The notes below the pieces were generated by a model. The model saw only the letters and a program-made list of their open reading frames with translations. It was not told the DNA's origin and did not search any database. From assembly GCF_000219355.1 (NCBI RefSeq), contig NC_015722.1, positions 390,001 to 422,000 of the forward strand: a stretch of 32,000 nt of DNA. Reading direction: 5' to 3'. Source of the DNA: Candidatus Midichloria mitochondrii IricVA (GTDB taxonomy: Bacteria; Pseudomonadota; Alphaproteobacteria; Rickettsiales; Midichloriaceae). Positions 1 to 7,487 of the stretch are shown here, piece after piece. The stretch's first letter is position 1. Each line of letters begins with the position of its first letter. Position numbers and translations under genes: made by a program.

Positions 1-459
1 GAAAAAACTACTGATAGCGAAAAGAAAGCAAAGTTAACTGAGTTCTTTTACGAAATAGTTGATTACGAATGGATAGGCAAGTTTGTAATTGCTAAGAATT
101 GGAATAACATGAATAAAGATCAGCAAAACCATTATTTAGAAAGTTATAAAAAGTACTTAAGTAATTTGTATGTGAAAAAATTCGTTGAGTACAACAATCA
201 GCAGTACAAAATTGTGGATGTAAGTAACATTGGTAAAAGTCATTTTATTGTGGTAACTGAAATAATTAACACTCGGAGCTCTAAGCCTCATATTAATGTA
301 GCTTACAGAATTAAAGATTCTAATAATGTTTTGAAAGTTATAGACATAATAGGAGAAGGAGTAAGTCTTCTTTCTACTCAAAGAGCAGATTTTTCCTCTA
401 TTATAGAGCAGAAGGGAGTAAATGATTTTCTCAAAATATTGGACAAGAAAAATCAATAA
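1..459 (+). CDS. mlaC: Phospholipid-binding periplasmic protein, MlaC/Ttg2D family; 5' end lies outside the window
   Basis: Frame 1 is open from base 1 (EKTTDSEKKAKLTEFFYEIVDYEWIGKFVIAKNWNN...) into the listed 109..459 ORF, so the ATG at 109 is internal. The sequence follows the MlaC pattern (..W..ms..Q...f...yk.yl...Y......y..q.y.i.........V.t.i......i.v.y.......KViDi..EGVSll.tqR.dF.s.i...G...l...L). Confidence 0.75.
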   Translation, partial: EKTTDSEKKAKLTEFFYEIVDYEWIGKFVIAKNWNNMNKDQQNHYLESYKKYLSNLYVKKFVEYNNQQYKIVDVSNIGKSHFIVVTEIINTRSSKPHINVAYRIKDSNNVLKVIDIIGEGVSLLSTQRADFSSIIEQKGVNDFLKILDKKNQ

Positions 460-492
460 AGTTTGTTTGCGATATTTAAATTAGGTCACGAC

Positions 493-1274
493 TTACCTTC
501 TGTTAAAGCTAATCTCCGGTTTATTTTCTTGATTTAGCTTTTTTCTAAAGTCAGTACTCTGGATCCGCTGTTCTGTACTTGGAGAGCTGGTTTCTCGGGC
601 TGCAGCCTGCCTTGCTATTGTTTTTACATTATGTGTAACAATCTCACGGATGGTGGTGTAATTCTCTCGTACCGATTCATAGTTGAAATTTTTTTCTATA
701 TCTATGGAAAGCTTGGAAGCTTTGCAGTTAATATAAGAAATAACAAAGCGGCCGCAATTTGTATTATCAATTATAGACTGATGCCCTAGATAACTGGTTT
801 TCATTTCAATACCTTCTCCATGAAGACTTCCGCTATAGCTCGCCTAATTGGCTCTAAGGAATAAAGAAAACTAGCGAACCATCCTTTAGAATCATAATGA
901 TGGGCTCGAATATTATTAGCTTGGTCAAAAACGTCCAACTCAAGCATTGTCCAATGCCTCCTTTGAAATAAGCCGAAGAAGTAGGATATTGATTGGGCTA
1001 TCGGTATAACGAATTTTAATGGCCTTGTATTTTCATTATTTATATATTCTTTTACCTGCTCCAGCTGCTTTTTAAGTGGGTTATTACCAGCCGTAGCAAT
1101 ATCGACAGCGCCATGTACATCTTCAACAAGGTCAGTGCTTGGTTTGGCAACTAGTGCTCTAATGCCATTTTCTTGCATACCAAAAATAAAAGGGTTAGTT
1201 TTTTCTGGCGCTAAAGTACTCCGATTGAAATAATCCAAGTTCTTTATGAACTTCTCTAACATACCAGGATTCAA
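493..1274 (-). pseudogene. CE-clan (Ulp1 / peptidase C48-like) cysteine protease, candidate deubiquitinase/deSUMOylase-type effector; split into ORFs 801..1274 and 493..804 by a frame change
   Basis: The upstream ORF carries RRHWTMLELD...IRAHHYDSKG (His-Trp and Asp of the CE-clan triad). The downstream ORF carries GHQSIIDNTNCGRFV (oxyanion Gln plus catalytic Cys-Gly). Order and spacing resemble Ulp1 (HWAL..YVDS..QQPNGYDCG). The ORFs meet at an ATGA overlap (801-804). Confidence 0.6.
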
Positions 1275-1539
1275 CGCCCTCTTGTTCCAGGCTAAGTCTG
1301 AAAATATAACTAAAGATAAGAAATATATGTGCAGTATATTATTAGCTGTAAGTAGCTGTTATGCAAGAAAAAATTATCGGAATTTTATGCAGAATTAAAA
1401 TCAATGTTCTAGCGAAAATTTTTTATCTAGAATTTTAAAAAAGATTGCAATAAGTTTATCGAACCCTCGCTAATATCCGTCCTCTAATTTCAGGCACTTT
1501 TGTGCTGCTATAAGTATTTAAGTGGAAAATCCATAAACT

Positions 1540-2367
1540 CTAATTCCAAATTCCTTTACTGCCTTTCCACCAAGAATCTAATTGTAGCAGAACTTCATTA
1601 ATAATTCTTTTATGCACGTCGTCTTCATCTTCATCCATATTTTTTTCAAAAGTAAGATTTTTAAAATAGGTATTTGTTGAATTTATGAATTTAATTTTTA
1701 CATATACCTTTTCCGTATTCTCTTCTATTTCTGAGACTTGAACCAGCATTACTTCTTTGGTGTGATATTTCTTTAGAAGATAATAAAAATCCTTATATTC
1801 ATAATTTTTAATATTTCTAATATTAAAAGAGGTTAGATCGTCTAACTCACTTCTTAGAGTCACAGGTTCAACCAGGCCAAATTGTTCGGGCAAGAATTGC
1901 CTCCACTGAAGCACTAAATTACTCGAGAAATTTTCATAAAAGGGAATGATTAAACAATCATTATATATTTTTTCTGCAAAATTGAGTCCCTGACGATTTA
2001 ATAATGCTTTTACAGAAGCAGGATGGAACTCTACATCTACTTCTGCAGAATATGAATGGGAGGTTATCCTTTCATTTAATATAACGTACTTTTTGACAAG
2101 ACTGGAGTTATCATTCTTCACAATACTATTAAATTTACCATTTTGTTTTTCAATAGTGATTCTATTCAAAAGAACTAGCATTGCTTCCCTAGTTGCATTA
2201 TCAAGAGCTATTTTTTTTGATTCTGCAACCGTCCCAAAATCACTAAAGGCCTTTATATTATTAACGGTGAATATCTTATCTTCTGGAATTAGACCATAAC
2301 TACAATTTGTTGTAATGCCTAACATTAGGATTACTCGTATGAAATTTATTTTTATTTGCTTGATCAT
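1540..2367 (-). CDS. Hypothetical exported protein (N-terminal signal peptide); family not recognised (faint DUF2066-like feel only)
   Basis: 275-aa ORF with a basic/hydrophobic N-terminus (MIKQIKINFIRVILMLGITTNCSYG) typical of a Sec signal. It is the only long ORF here; the overlapping + strand ORF 2093..2299 is shorter and has an implausible composition. Acidic patch MDEDEDD near the C-terminus. Confidence 0.5.
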   Translation of the reverse strand: MIKQIKINFIRVILMLGITTNCSYGLIPEDKIFTVNNIKAFSDFGTVAESKKIALDNATREAMLVLLNRITIEKQNGKFNSIVKNDNSSLVKKYVILNERITSHSYSAEVDVEFHPASVKALLNRQGLNFAEKIYNDCLIIPFYENFSSNLVLQWRQFLPEQFGLVEPVTLRSELDDLTSFNIRNIKNYEYKDFYYLLKKYHTKEVMLVQVSEIEENTEKVYVKIKFINSTNTYFKNLTFEKNMDEDEDDVHKRIINEVLLQLDSWWKGSKGIWN

Positions 2368-2440
2368 TATTCTGTGTTTACACCTATTTAAATAATGTGT
2401 ATTAAAAGACTATAAAGCAATCAATACAACGTCAAGTGTT

Positions 2441-2977
2441 ATGAGAGTGTTAGAATTTATACCTCTGGCGGTATTTTTCATATTATATAAACTTTATGGA
2501 GTTATCTATGCAACTGCTGGCATAGTTGTAACGACATTGTTGGCAACTATAATAAATTTTTTGATTACAAAACGGAAGCCTAATAATTTTGCGCTGTTTT
2601 CTACCGCATTAATGGTTCTCATGGGTTCTTTAACAGTATTTACATCCAATTCAGCCTTTATTAAAGTCAAACCGACCATATTATATTCTTTGTGTGGCTT
2701 GACAATTACCGGGGGCCTTCTCATGGGGAAAGTCTTCATAAAATCATTGTTTAGTGCTTTTTTATTTTTAAATGACAGACAGTGGAGAATTTTCTCTATA
2801 CAGTGGATAGCGTTTTTTCTAGTGGCTGCTATCAGCAATGAAATCATCTGGAGATTTTTTTCAGAAGAGACTTGGGTGAATTTTAAAGTAAGTTTTATGC
2901 CTCTCTTCACTCTTTTATTTATGTTTTTGCAAATATTTCTTTATAGAAAACATTTAGTGATACAAAATGATAGGTAA
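2441..2977 (+). CDS. yciB: Intracellular septation protein A (YciB/IspZ family inner-membrane protein)
   Basis: 178 aa and multi-TM. The N-terminus LEFIPLAVFFILYKLYGVIYATAGIVVTT, plus ...FIKVKPTILY... and ...ETWVNFKV..., aligns along its whole length with E. coli YciB ([46 protein letters not shown]). Confidence 0.85.
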   Translation: MRVLEFIPLAVFFILYKLYGVIYATAGIVVTTLLATIINFLITKRKPNNFALFSTALMVLMGSLTVFTSNSAFIKVKPTILYSLCGLTITGGLLMGKVFIKSLFSAFLFLNDRQWRIFSIQWIAFFLVAAISNEIIWRFFSEETWVNFKVSFMPLFTLLFMFLQIFLYRKHLVIQNDR

Positions 2978-3043
2978 AGGTAAGATCAAGAGTTTAAATT
3001 GCAGTATTCTCATAGAAATGATATACCAAGGCGGAAATTTTTA

Positions 3044-3135
3044 GGAAGAGTGGCCGAGTGGTCTAAGGCGCACGCCTGGAAAGCGTGTTTACCCTTATGG
3101 GGTAAACAAGGGTTCGAATCCCTTCTCTTCCGCCA
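3044..3135 (+). tRNA. tRNA-Ser, anticodon GGA, with genome-encoded CCA end
   Basis: Hand-folded cloverleaf: acceptor GGAAGAG/CTCTTCC; anticodon stem CACGC/GCGTG with loop CTGGAAA (anticodon GGA); long variable arm TTTACCC-ttatg-GGGTAAA typical of class II tRNA-Ser; T arm AAGGG-TTCGAAT-CCCTT; discriminator G followed by CCA. Confidence 0.9.
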
Positions 3136-3170
3136 TTCTTAAGACCAGCAAGACTAAAGAGGAGATTTGA

Positions 3171-4082
3171 GTGTCTAATAATATTGCTTTAAAAAAACCG
3201 GATTGGATTAGAGTGAGAGCACCAACCAGCTCTGATTATAAAAAAACCGAAGATATAGTGAAAGGTTTATCACTAAATACGGTTTGTGAAGAAGCTGCTT
3301 GCCCGAATATAGGAGAATGTTGGAAGAAGAAACATGCAACATTTATGATATTAGGAAGTGTCTGCACAAGAGCGTGTAGGTTTTGCAATGTTGCAACGGG
3401 ACGCCCTGACTTACTTGATCCTCATGAACCAGAGAAGGTTGCGCAAGCTGTAGAAAAGCTTGGTTTAAAACATGTAGTTGTTACTTCGGTTGATCGCGAT
3501 GATCTGCCAGATGGTGGAGCTGAGCATTTTGCGCAGTGCATAGAGCAAATACGAAAAAGATCACCCCATAGTACCGTTGAAGTCTTAACCCCCGATTTTT
3601 TGAAAAAAGATGGGGCTATTAGGACAGTAGTAAAAGCTAAGCCCGATGTATATAACCATAATGTTGAGACGGTACCTTCTTTGTATCAGCAAATGAGGCC
3701 AGGTGCGCGCTATTTCCACTCTTTGAATTTACTAAACAAAGTTAAAGAATTGGATCCAGAGATTTTTACAAAATCGGGTATGATGGTGGGGCTTGGGGAA
3801 ATTAAAGAGGAAGTTTTGCAAGTGATGGATGACTTAAGAGCTGCTAAAGTTGATTTTCTAACGATTGGACAATATCTACAGCCGACAGCAAAACACGCCG
3901 AAGTTAAAAGATATGTAACTCCAGAAGAATTTGATTACTATGCAAGAATTGCTAAAGTTAAGGGCTTTTTGATGGTATCTGCTACACCCTTAACTCGATC
4001 TTCTTATCACGCGGATGAGGACTTTTTGAAAATGAAAGTTGCATATCAGGAATCATTATATGTTAAAAAAGCCTCAAATTAA
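3171..4082 (+). CDS. lipA: Lipoyl synthase (radical SAM)
   Basis: [13 protein letters not shown] (auxiliary cluster motif) and [10 protein letters not shown] (radical-SAM CxxxCxxC), with full-length LipA-like sequence. GTG start preceded by AGAGGAG about 7 nt upstream. Confidence 0.95.
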   Translation: MSNNIALKKPDWIRVRAPTSSDYKKTEDIVKGLSLNTVCEEAACPNIGECWKKKHATFMILGSVCTRACRFCNVATGRPDLLDPHEPEKVAQAVEKLGLKHVVVTSVDRDDLPDGGAEHFAQCIEQIRKRSPHSTVEVLTPDFLKKDGAIRTVVKAKPDVYNHNVETVPSLYQQMRPGARYFHSLNLLNKVKELDPEIFTKSGMMVGLGEIKEEVLQVMDDLRAAKVDFLTIGQYLQPTAKHAEVKRYVTPEEFDYYARIAKVKGFLMVSATPLTRSSYHADEDFLKMKVAYQESLYVKKASN

Positions 4083-4890
4083 ATTTAGCAAGAGATCGAA
4101 TATTATTAGTCTTGGTACTAAAGCTAGAGCTGTTATCGTGATAACCTTTAGTTGTTTGGCAACGATATTTTTCAGTTTATATTTTGGCGAGCAATCAATT
4201 GAGATTTTTGATGATATGATTTCCAAGGTTTACCAAGTTGTTAACAAGCCATTGGAGCAGGTGCGAAGTTTTATAGAATTGGGCAATGACTACCTCACTT
4301 GTAAGAGAGAGAAAGATATTCTTGTTGCTGAAAATCAGAATTTAAAAAAACATAATCTTAAGATAGAAATTTTAGAAAGAGAAAATCTCGAGTTAAAAAA
4401 GTTAAATAAATATGCAATTCCCCTTAAGTTTCAATATGTTACCACTAACATAGTGAGCGCTGGTACTGACAGCTTTGGCCTTCAAATTATGTTAAACGCT
4501 GGAGCTGAAGATGGAGTGTCAGAAGGACAAGCGGTTGTCAATTCTGAAGGCATGGTTGGTAGGGTTGTCAAGGTTTCTCAAAAAAGCTCAAAATTATTAC
4601 CTTGGAGTAATGTGAGTTTTAAAGTTCCAGTACTTTTATTAAAGAGTGGCATCCGTTGTATTGCAAATGGCTCTAATGAAGATTCTTATATGAATTTACT
4701 ATATTTACCAGAAAATGTTGAGCCAATCGAAGGAGAGATTGCTGTTACTTCTGGCGAAGGGGGAATTTTACCTTTTGGCATAAAGGTTGGGGAAATTGCG
4801 GTGTCTGATTCTGAAGAAAATGAATTTATTTTGAAACCTGCAACAAATCTAAATTTATTTACTATGGTTGCCGTTGTTGTTAGGCGTTAG
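4039..4890 (+). CDS. mreC: Rod shape-determining protein MreC
   Basis: N-terminal TM segment, a coiled-coil region ([25 protein letters not shown]), then an MreC beta-domain with [10 protein letters not shown] and [12 protein letters not shown]. The start is uncertain: ATG 4039 or ATG 4060 (MLKKPQ...). Both overlap the lipA 3' end. Confidence 0.8.
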   Translation: MHIRNHYMLKKPQIKFSKRSNIISLGTKARAVIVITFSCLATIFFSLYFGEQSIEIFDDMISKVYQVVNKPLEQVRSFIELGNDYLTCKREKDILVAENQNLKKHNLKIEILERENLELKKLNKYAIPLKFQYVTTNIVSAGTDSFGLQIMLNAGAEDGVSEGQAVVNSEGMVGRVVKVSQKSSKLLPWSNVSFKVPVLLLKSGIRCIANGSNEDSYMNLLYLPENVEPIEGEIAVTSGEGGILPFGIKVGEIAVSDSEENEFILKPATNLNLFTMVAVVVRR

Positions 4891-4912
4891 GAAAAAGGGC
4901 ATTGCCTAATAT

Positions 4913-5345
4913 TTATAATAGGAGTTTCAAATCCAGCAAATGCCTATGGAAGAAGAGGGTAAGAGTAGCGCAAAGCATCCTCAGGAATTTGCTGTAGCGC
5001 TTCGTTCTTCGATTAAAACTAGCTAGATAATGCCTCTTAAAGAATTCTTTGATTCTACCACAATGATGTCCCAGCCTTTGTTTTGTGATGGTGCGTGGAG
5101 ATTTTTATAGTATTCGTAAACGCTGTAATCATCTGTATATGCTCATTTATAACGTTCCTCAAAGCCTAAATGACAGGTTCAGGTGGGTTGCCTTGCTCCC
5201 GTCACCTACCCTTCAAAATCAATAATTTCACCCGCTCCTCTATCAACTGCAATCAATATAAAGGTGTACTCCCACTTCCATTCTTTGGTCTTTTTTTTAT
5301 ATATGTGCACAGCTCCTCAATCTCTAGGACCTCGATATCCTTAAG
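4913..5345 (-). mobile_element. IS1-family-like transposase remnant (C-terminal part, several frameshifts); boundaries approximate
   Basis: Hand translation of the minus strand in shifting frames gives ..LEIEELCTYIKKK.., WKWEYTFILIAVDRGAGEIIDFEG, ..YSDDYSVYEYY.., ..VVESKNSLRG.. and FNRRTKRYSKFLRMLCATLTLFF (stop at 4913-4915). These correspond to the IS1 InsB-type motifs DE(L/M)W.F..KK...W.W.AvDR.tg.i, tD.w.aY, iE..N..lR and R.t..ySKs.eml. No single open frame remains. Confidence 0.5.
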
Positions 5346-5716
5346 TGACTTTGTGCTGTTGCAGCTCTTATCTAACTTTTCTTGCACATAGCCGCCCCCC
5401 GTCCTTGTTTCCTTGCAGCAATTCAGCAGAATGACCAACGGGATGACCGCGTCTCGCATCAGCTCAACAAAGCGATTGTAGCTGATAAGCTTCGGCAACT
5501 CCTCTCTGAAAGAGATTTGAACACAGTTTAGGTAAAAATCTTTGAATCCGGTAATGCCCTCAAATGAAACAAAACGAGGATCGTTATAACTTCGGAAAGC
5601 ATCATCCCAGACTCTCGTTCCCTTTGTCTCTGCGAGTTTCTTAAGGATCTTTGGTACATGAGTTGTCGCTTGCAAAAATCATCAATCAAACAAAATATTT
5701 CTACTAGGGGAACCAC
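5346..5716 (-). mobile_element. IS982-family transposase remnant (N-terminal part, frameshifted and truncated); boundaries approximate
   Basis: The GTG-initiated ORF 5528..5716 reads MVPLVEIFCLIDDFCK...MMLSEVITILVLFH. The overlapping ORF 5253..5675 continues in another frame with GFKDFYLNCVQISFREELPKLISYNRFVELM. Together these match the characteristic IS982 N-terminus (ElFc.vDDFck...MsdSEiiTI...Fh...FK.FY...FP.l.SYnRFVeLm). The DDE core is missing. Confidence 0.55.
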
Positions 5717-5983
5717 TTTTCTTATTTATCGTGAAATTGAGAGAAACTTAATGGTTACACAGCCTCTTTGAAGCCATATCAGATAATTTCTTTAAAACTT
5801 ACCTCAAACTGGGGTTAAAAAAGTTTTGTCTACAAAATAATCATAAGTAATAACTACATTTTCAAAATTCTGGGGGCCTACTGGTAGTAATGGATATTTA
5901 TATGGCATATCTAACCTGACTTAAAGTTGCTGTGCTGTAGTGTACAGTTAATCCAATAAAAGTCTAGTGAAGCTCAAAGATGG

Positions 5984-7009
5984 TTAAAAGCCGTATATTT
6001 CATGCCAGCGCATATCACCCTCAAAAAGAGTGCGAAGGTCAGGGATATTATGCTTTAACATAGTAAGCCTTTCGATTCCAACCCCAAAGGCAAATCCTTG
6101 GTATTTCATTGGATCTATACCAACATTTTTTAAAACCTTTTCGTGTACCATCCCGCAACCCAGAATCTCAAGCCAGTCATTTCCTTCACCGATTCTGATT
6201 TCTTTTTTGGTACTGCGGTCACATTTTATATCTATTTCTGCTGATGGTTCGGTAAAAGGAAAGTAACTAGATCTCCACCTCATAGGCAATGCATTCACTC
6301 TAAAAAATTCTTTTAAGAATTGTGCGATGCAGCCCTTCAGGTGGCCAAAATTGATTTCTTCTCCTATGACGAGCCCTTCTAATTGATGAAACATAGGAGT
6401 ATGCGTCGCATCATAATCTGATCTATAAACTCTACCGGAAGAGATGATGCGAATAGGGGGCTGGTTTTTCTCCATATATCTAATTTGTACGCCCGAAGTA
6501 TGAGTTCTTAAAAGCCCTTCAACATTTTGCATATAAAAAGTATCATGCATTTGTCTTGCTGGATGAGACTCATTTATATTTAAAGCAGTAAAATTGTGCC
6601 AATCATCTTCAATTTCTGGACCTTCAACATGAGAAAACCCCATGCGGACAAATATATTTTTTAACTCATTAATAGTATTGGTAATTGGATGGATTCTTCC
6701 GCGGGTAAATCCTCGGCCGGGAAGGGTTATATCAATACTTTGAGCATTTAATTTTTGTACTAGCTCTAACTCTTCAAGCTCTTTTTGTTTTTCGCTTAAG
6801 TTTTTTAAAATGTACTCTCTGACTGTATTTATCTCAAGCCCGAGCTGTTTCTTCTCTTCAGGAGTTAATGCGCCTAACTTTGCCATTTGTTCTACAAGCA
6901 GGCTTTTTTTGCCTAAAAATTTAGCTTTTAGATTAAATAATTCGGTGAAATTGCTAACGTTCGAAAGTTCTGAAACGAATAGTTCATTAATGCTGTTTAA
7001 CTGACTCAT
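5984..7009 (-). CDS. pheS: Phenylalanine--tRNA ligase alpha subunit
   Basis: 341 aa with class II aaRS motifs (..HPARQMHDTFY.., FPFTEPSAEIDI, GFAFGVGIERLTML) and full-length PheS collinearity. Confidence 0.95.
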   Translation of the reverse strand: MSQLNSINELFVSELSNVSNFTELFNLKAKFLGKKSLLVEQMAKLGALTPEEKKQLGLEINTVREYILKNLSEKQKELEELELVQKLNAQSIDITLPGRGFTRGRIHPITNTINELKNIFVRMGFSHVEGPEIEDDWHNFTALNINESHPARQMHDTFYMQNVEGLLRTHTSGVQIRYMEKNQPPIRIISSGRVYRSDYDATHTPMFHQLEGLVIGEEINFGHLKGCIAQFLKEFFRVNALPMRWRSSYFPFTEPSAEIDIKCDRSTKKEIRIGEGNDWLEILGCGMVHEKVLKNVGIDPMKYQGFAFGVGIERLTMLKHNIPDLRTLFEGDMRWHEIYGF

Positions 7010-7190
7010 TTATAAAGTTTTTATCATGAAGAAAAATTCTTTCAGATATTATATATACCTGATTATTTAATTCCACCAAAATCTCCATATCCCACTGCCC
7101 CTCTTTACATTCGATTAAGGCTCGATAAGTATTATCCTTTTGTTTAATCATCGTAATATGTTGATCAAATTTATTAGTTACAGGGCTCAT
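6987..7190 (-). CDS. Hypothetical 67-aa soluble protein (doubtful)
   Basis: Only an ORF. It is co-oriented between the VanX-fusion gene and pheS and overlaps the pheS start by 23 nt. No Shine-Dalgarno sequence seen and no recognisable motif. Confidence 0.15.
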   Translation of the reverse strand: MSPVTNKFDQHITMIKQKDNTYRALIECKEGQWDMEILVELNNQVYIISERIFLHDKNFINESVKQH

Positions 7191-7256
7191 TAAATTTAAA
7201 TTAACTTTTTTATACTATCTAGTGTCGGATTTAACTCTAAAATAAAACTCCAACCC

Positions 7257-7484
7257 TCATATTCTTGTCGAATCTATAAGAGTATAATTAAAGGACAAGA
7301 TGGAAGAGATCTTGGTATTGACCGGATATCTCTTATAGATACCTTTTCCATGCTCTACAGAGCTAACAGAACCACTATAGCTAATTGAAGCTACATATAT
7401 CCAACCAGTGTAAATTAAAGATAAAACTGCAAAAAATATTACAATTAAGTAGGGCGCAAATCTAGAGCTTGAGTCAAAGGACAT
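7257..7484 (-). CDS. Hypothetical 75-aa single-pass membrane protein
   Basis: The ATG lies 3 nt after the stop of the upstream 441-aa gene (tight coupling). One clear TM helix (APYLIVIFFAVLSLIYTGWIYVA). No recognisable family. Confidence 0.25.
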   Translation of the reverse strand: MSFDSSSRFAPYLIVIFFAVLSLIYTGWIYVASISYSGSVSSVEHGKGIYKRYPVNTKISSILSFNYTLIDSTRI

Positions 7485-7487
7485 AGA

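Noticed and set aside
2506-2910. 134-aa ORF antisense to yciB
   Set aside because: Shadow ORF. The + strand product aligns end to end with YciB, whereas this one matches nothing recognisable.
4880-4909. Inverted repeat TTAGGC…GCCTAA spanning the mreC stop, considered as a terminator
   Set aside because: 6-bp arms with an 18-nt loop and no proper T-tract. It also lies at the edge of the IS1-like remnant, so it may be IS-end debris. Too weak to call.
5170-5391. 73-aa + strand ORF in the IS-remnant region
   Set aside because: It is antisense to recognisable IS1-like/IS982-like transposase fragments and has no similarity to anything I recognise.
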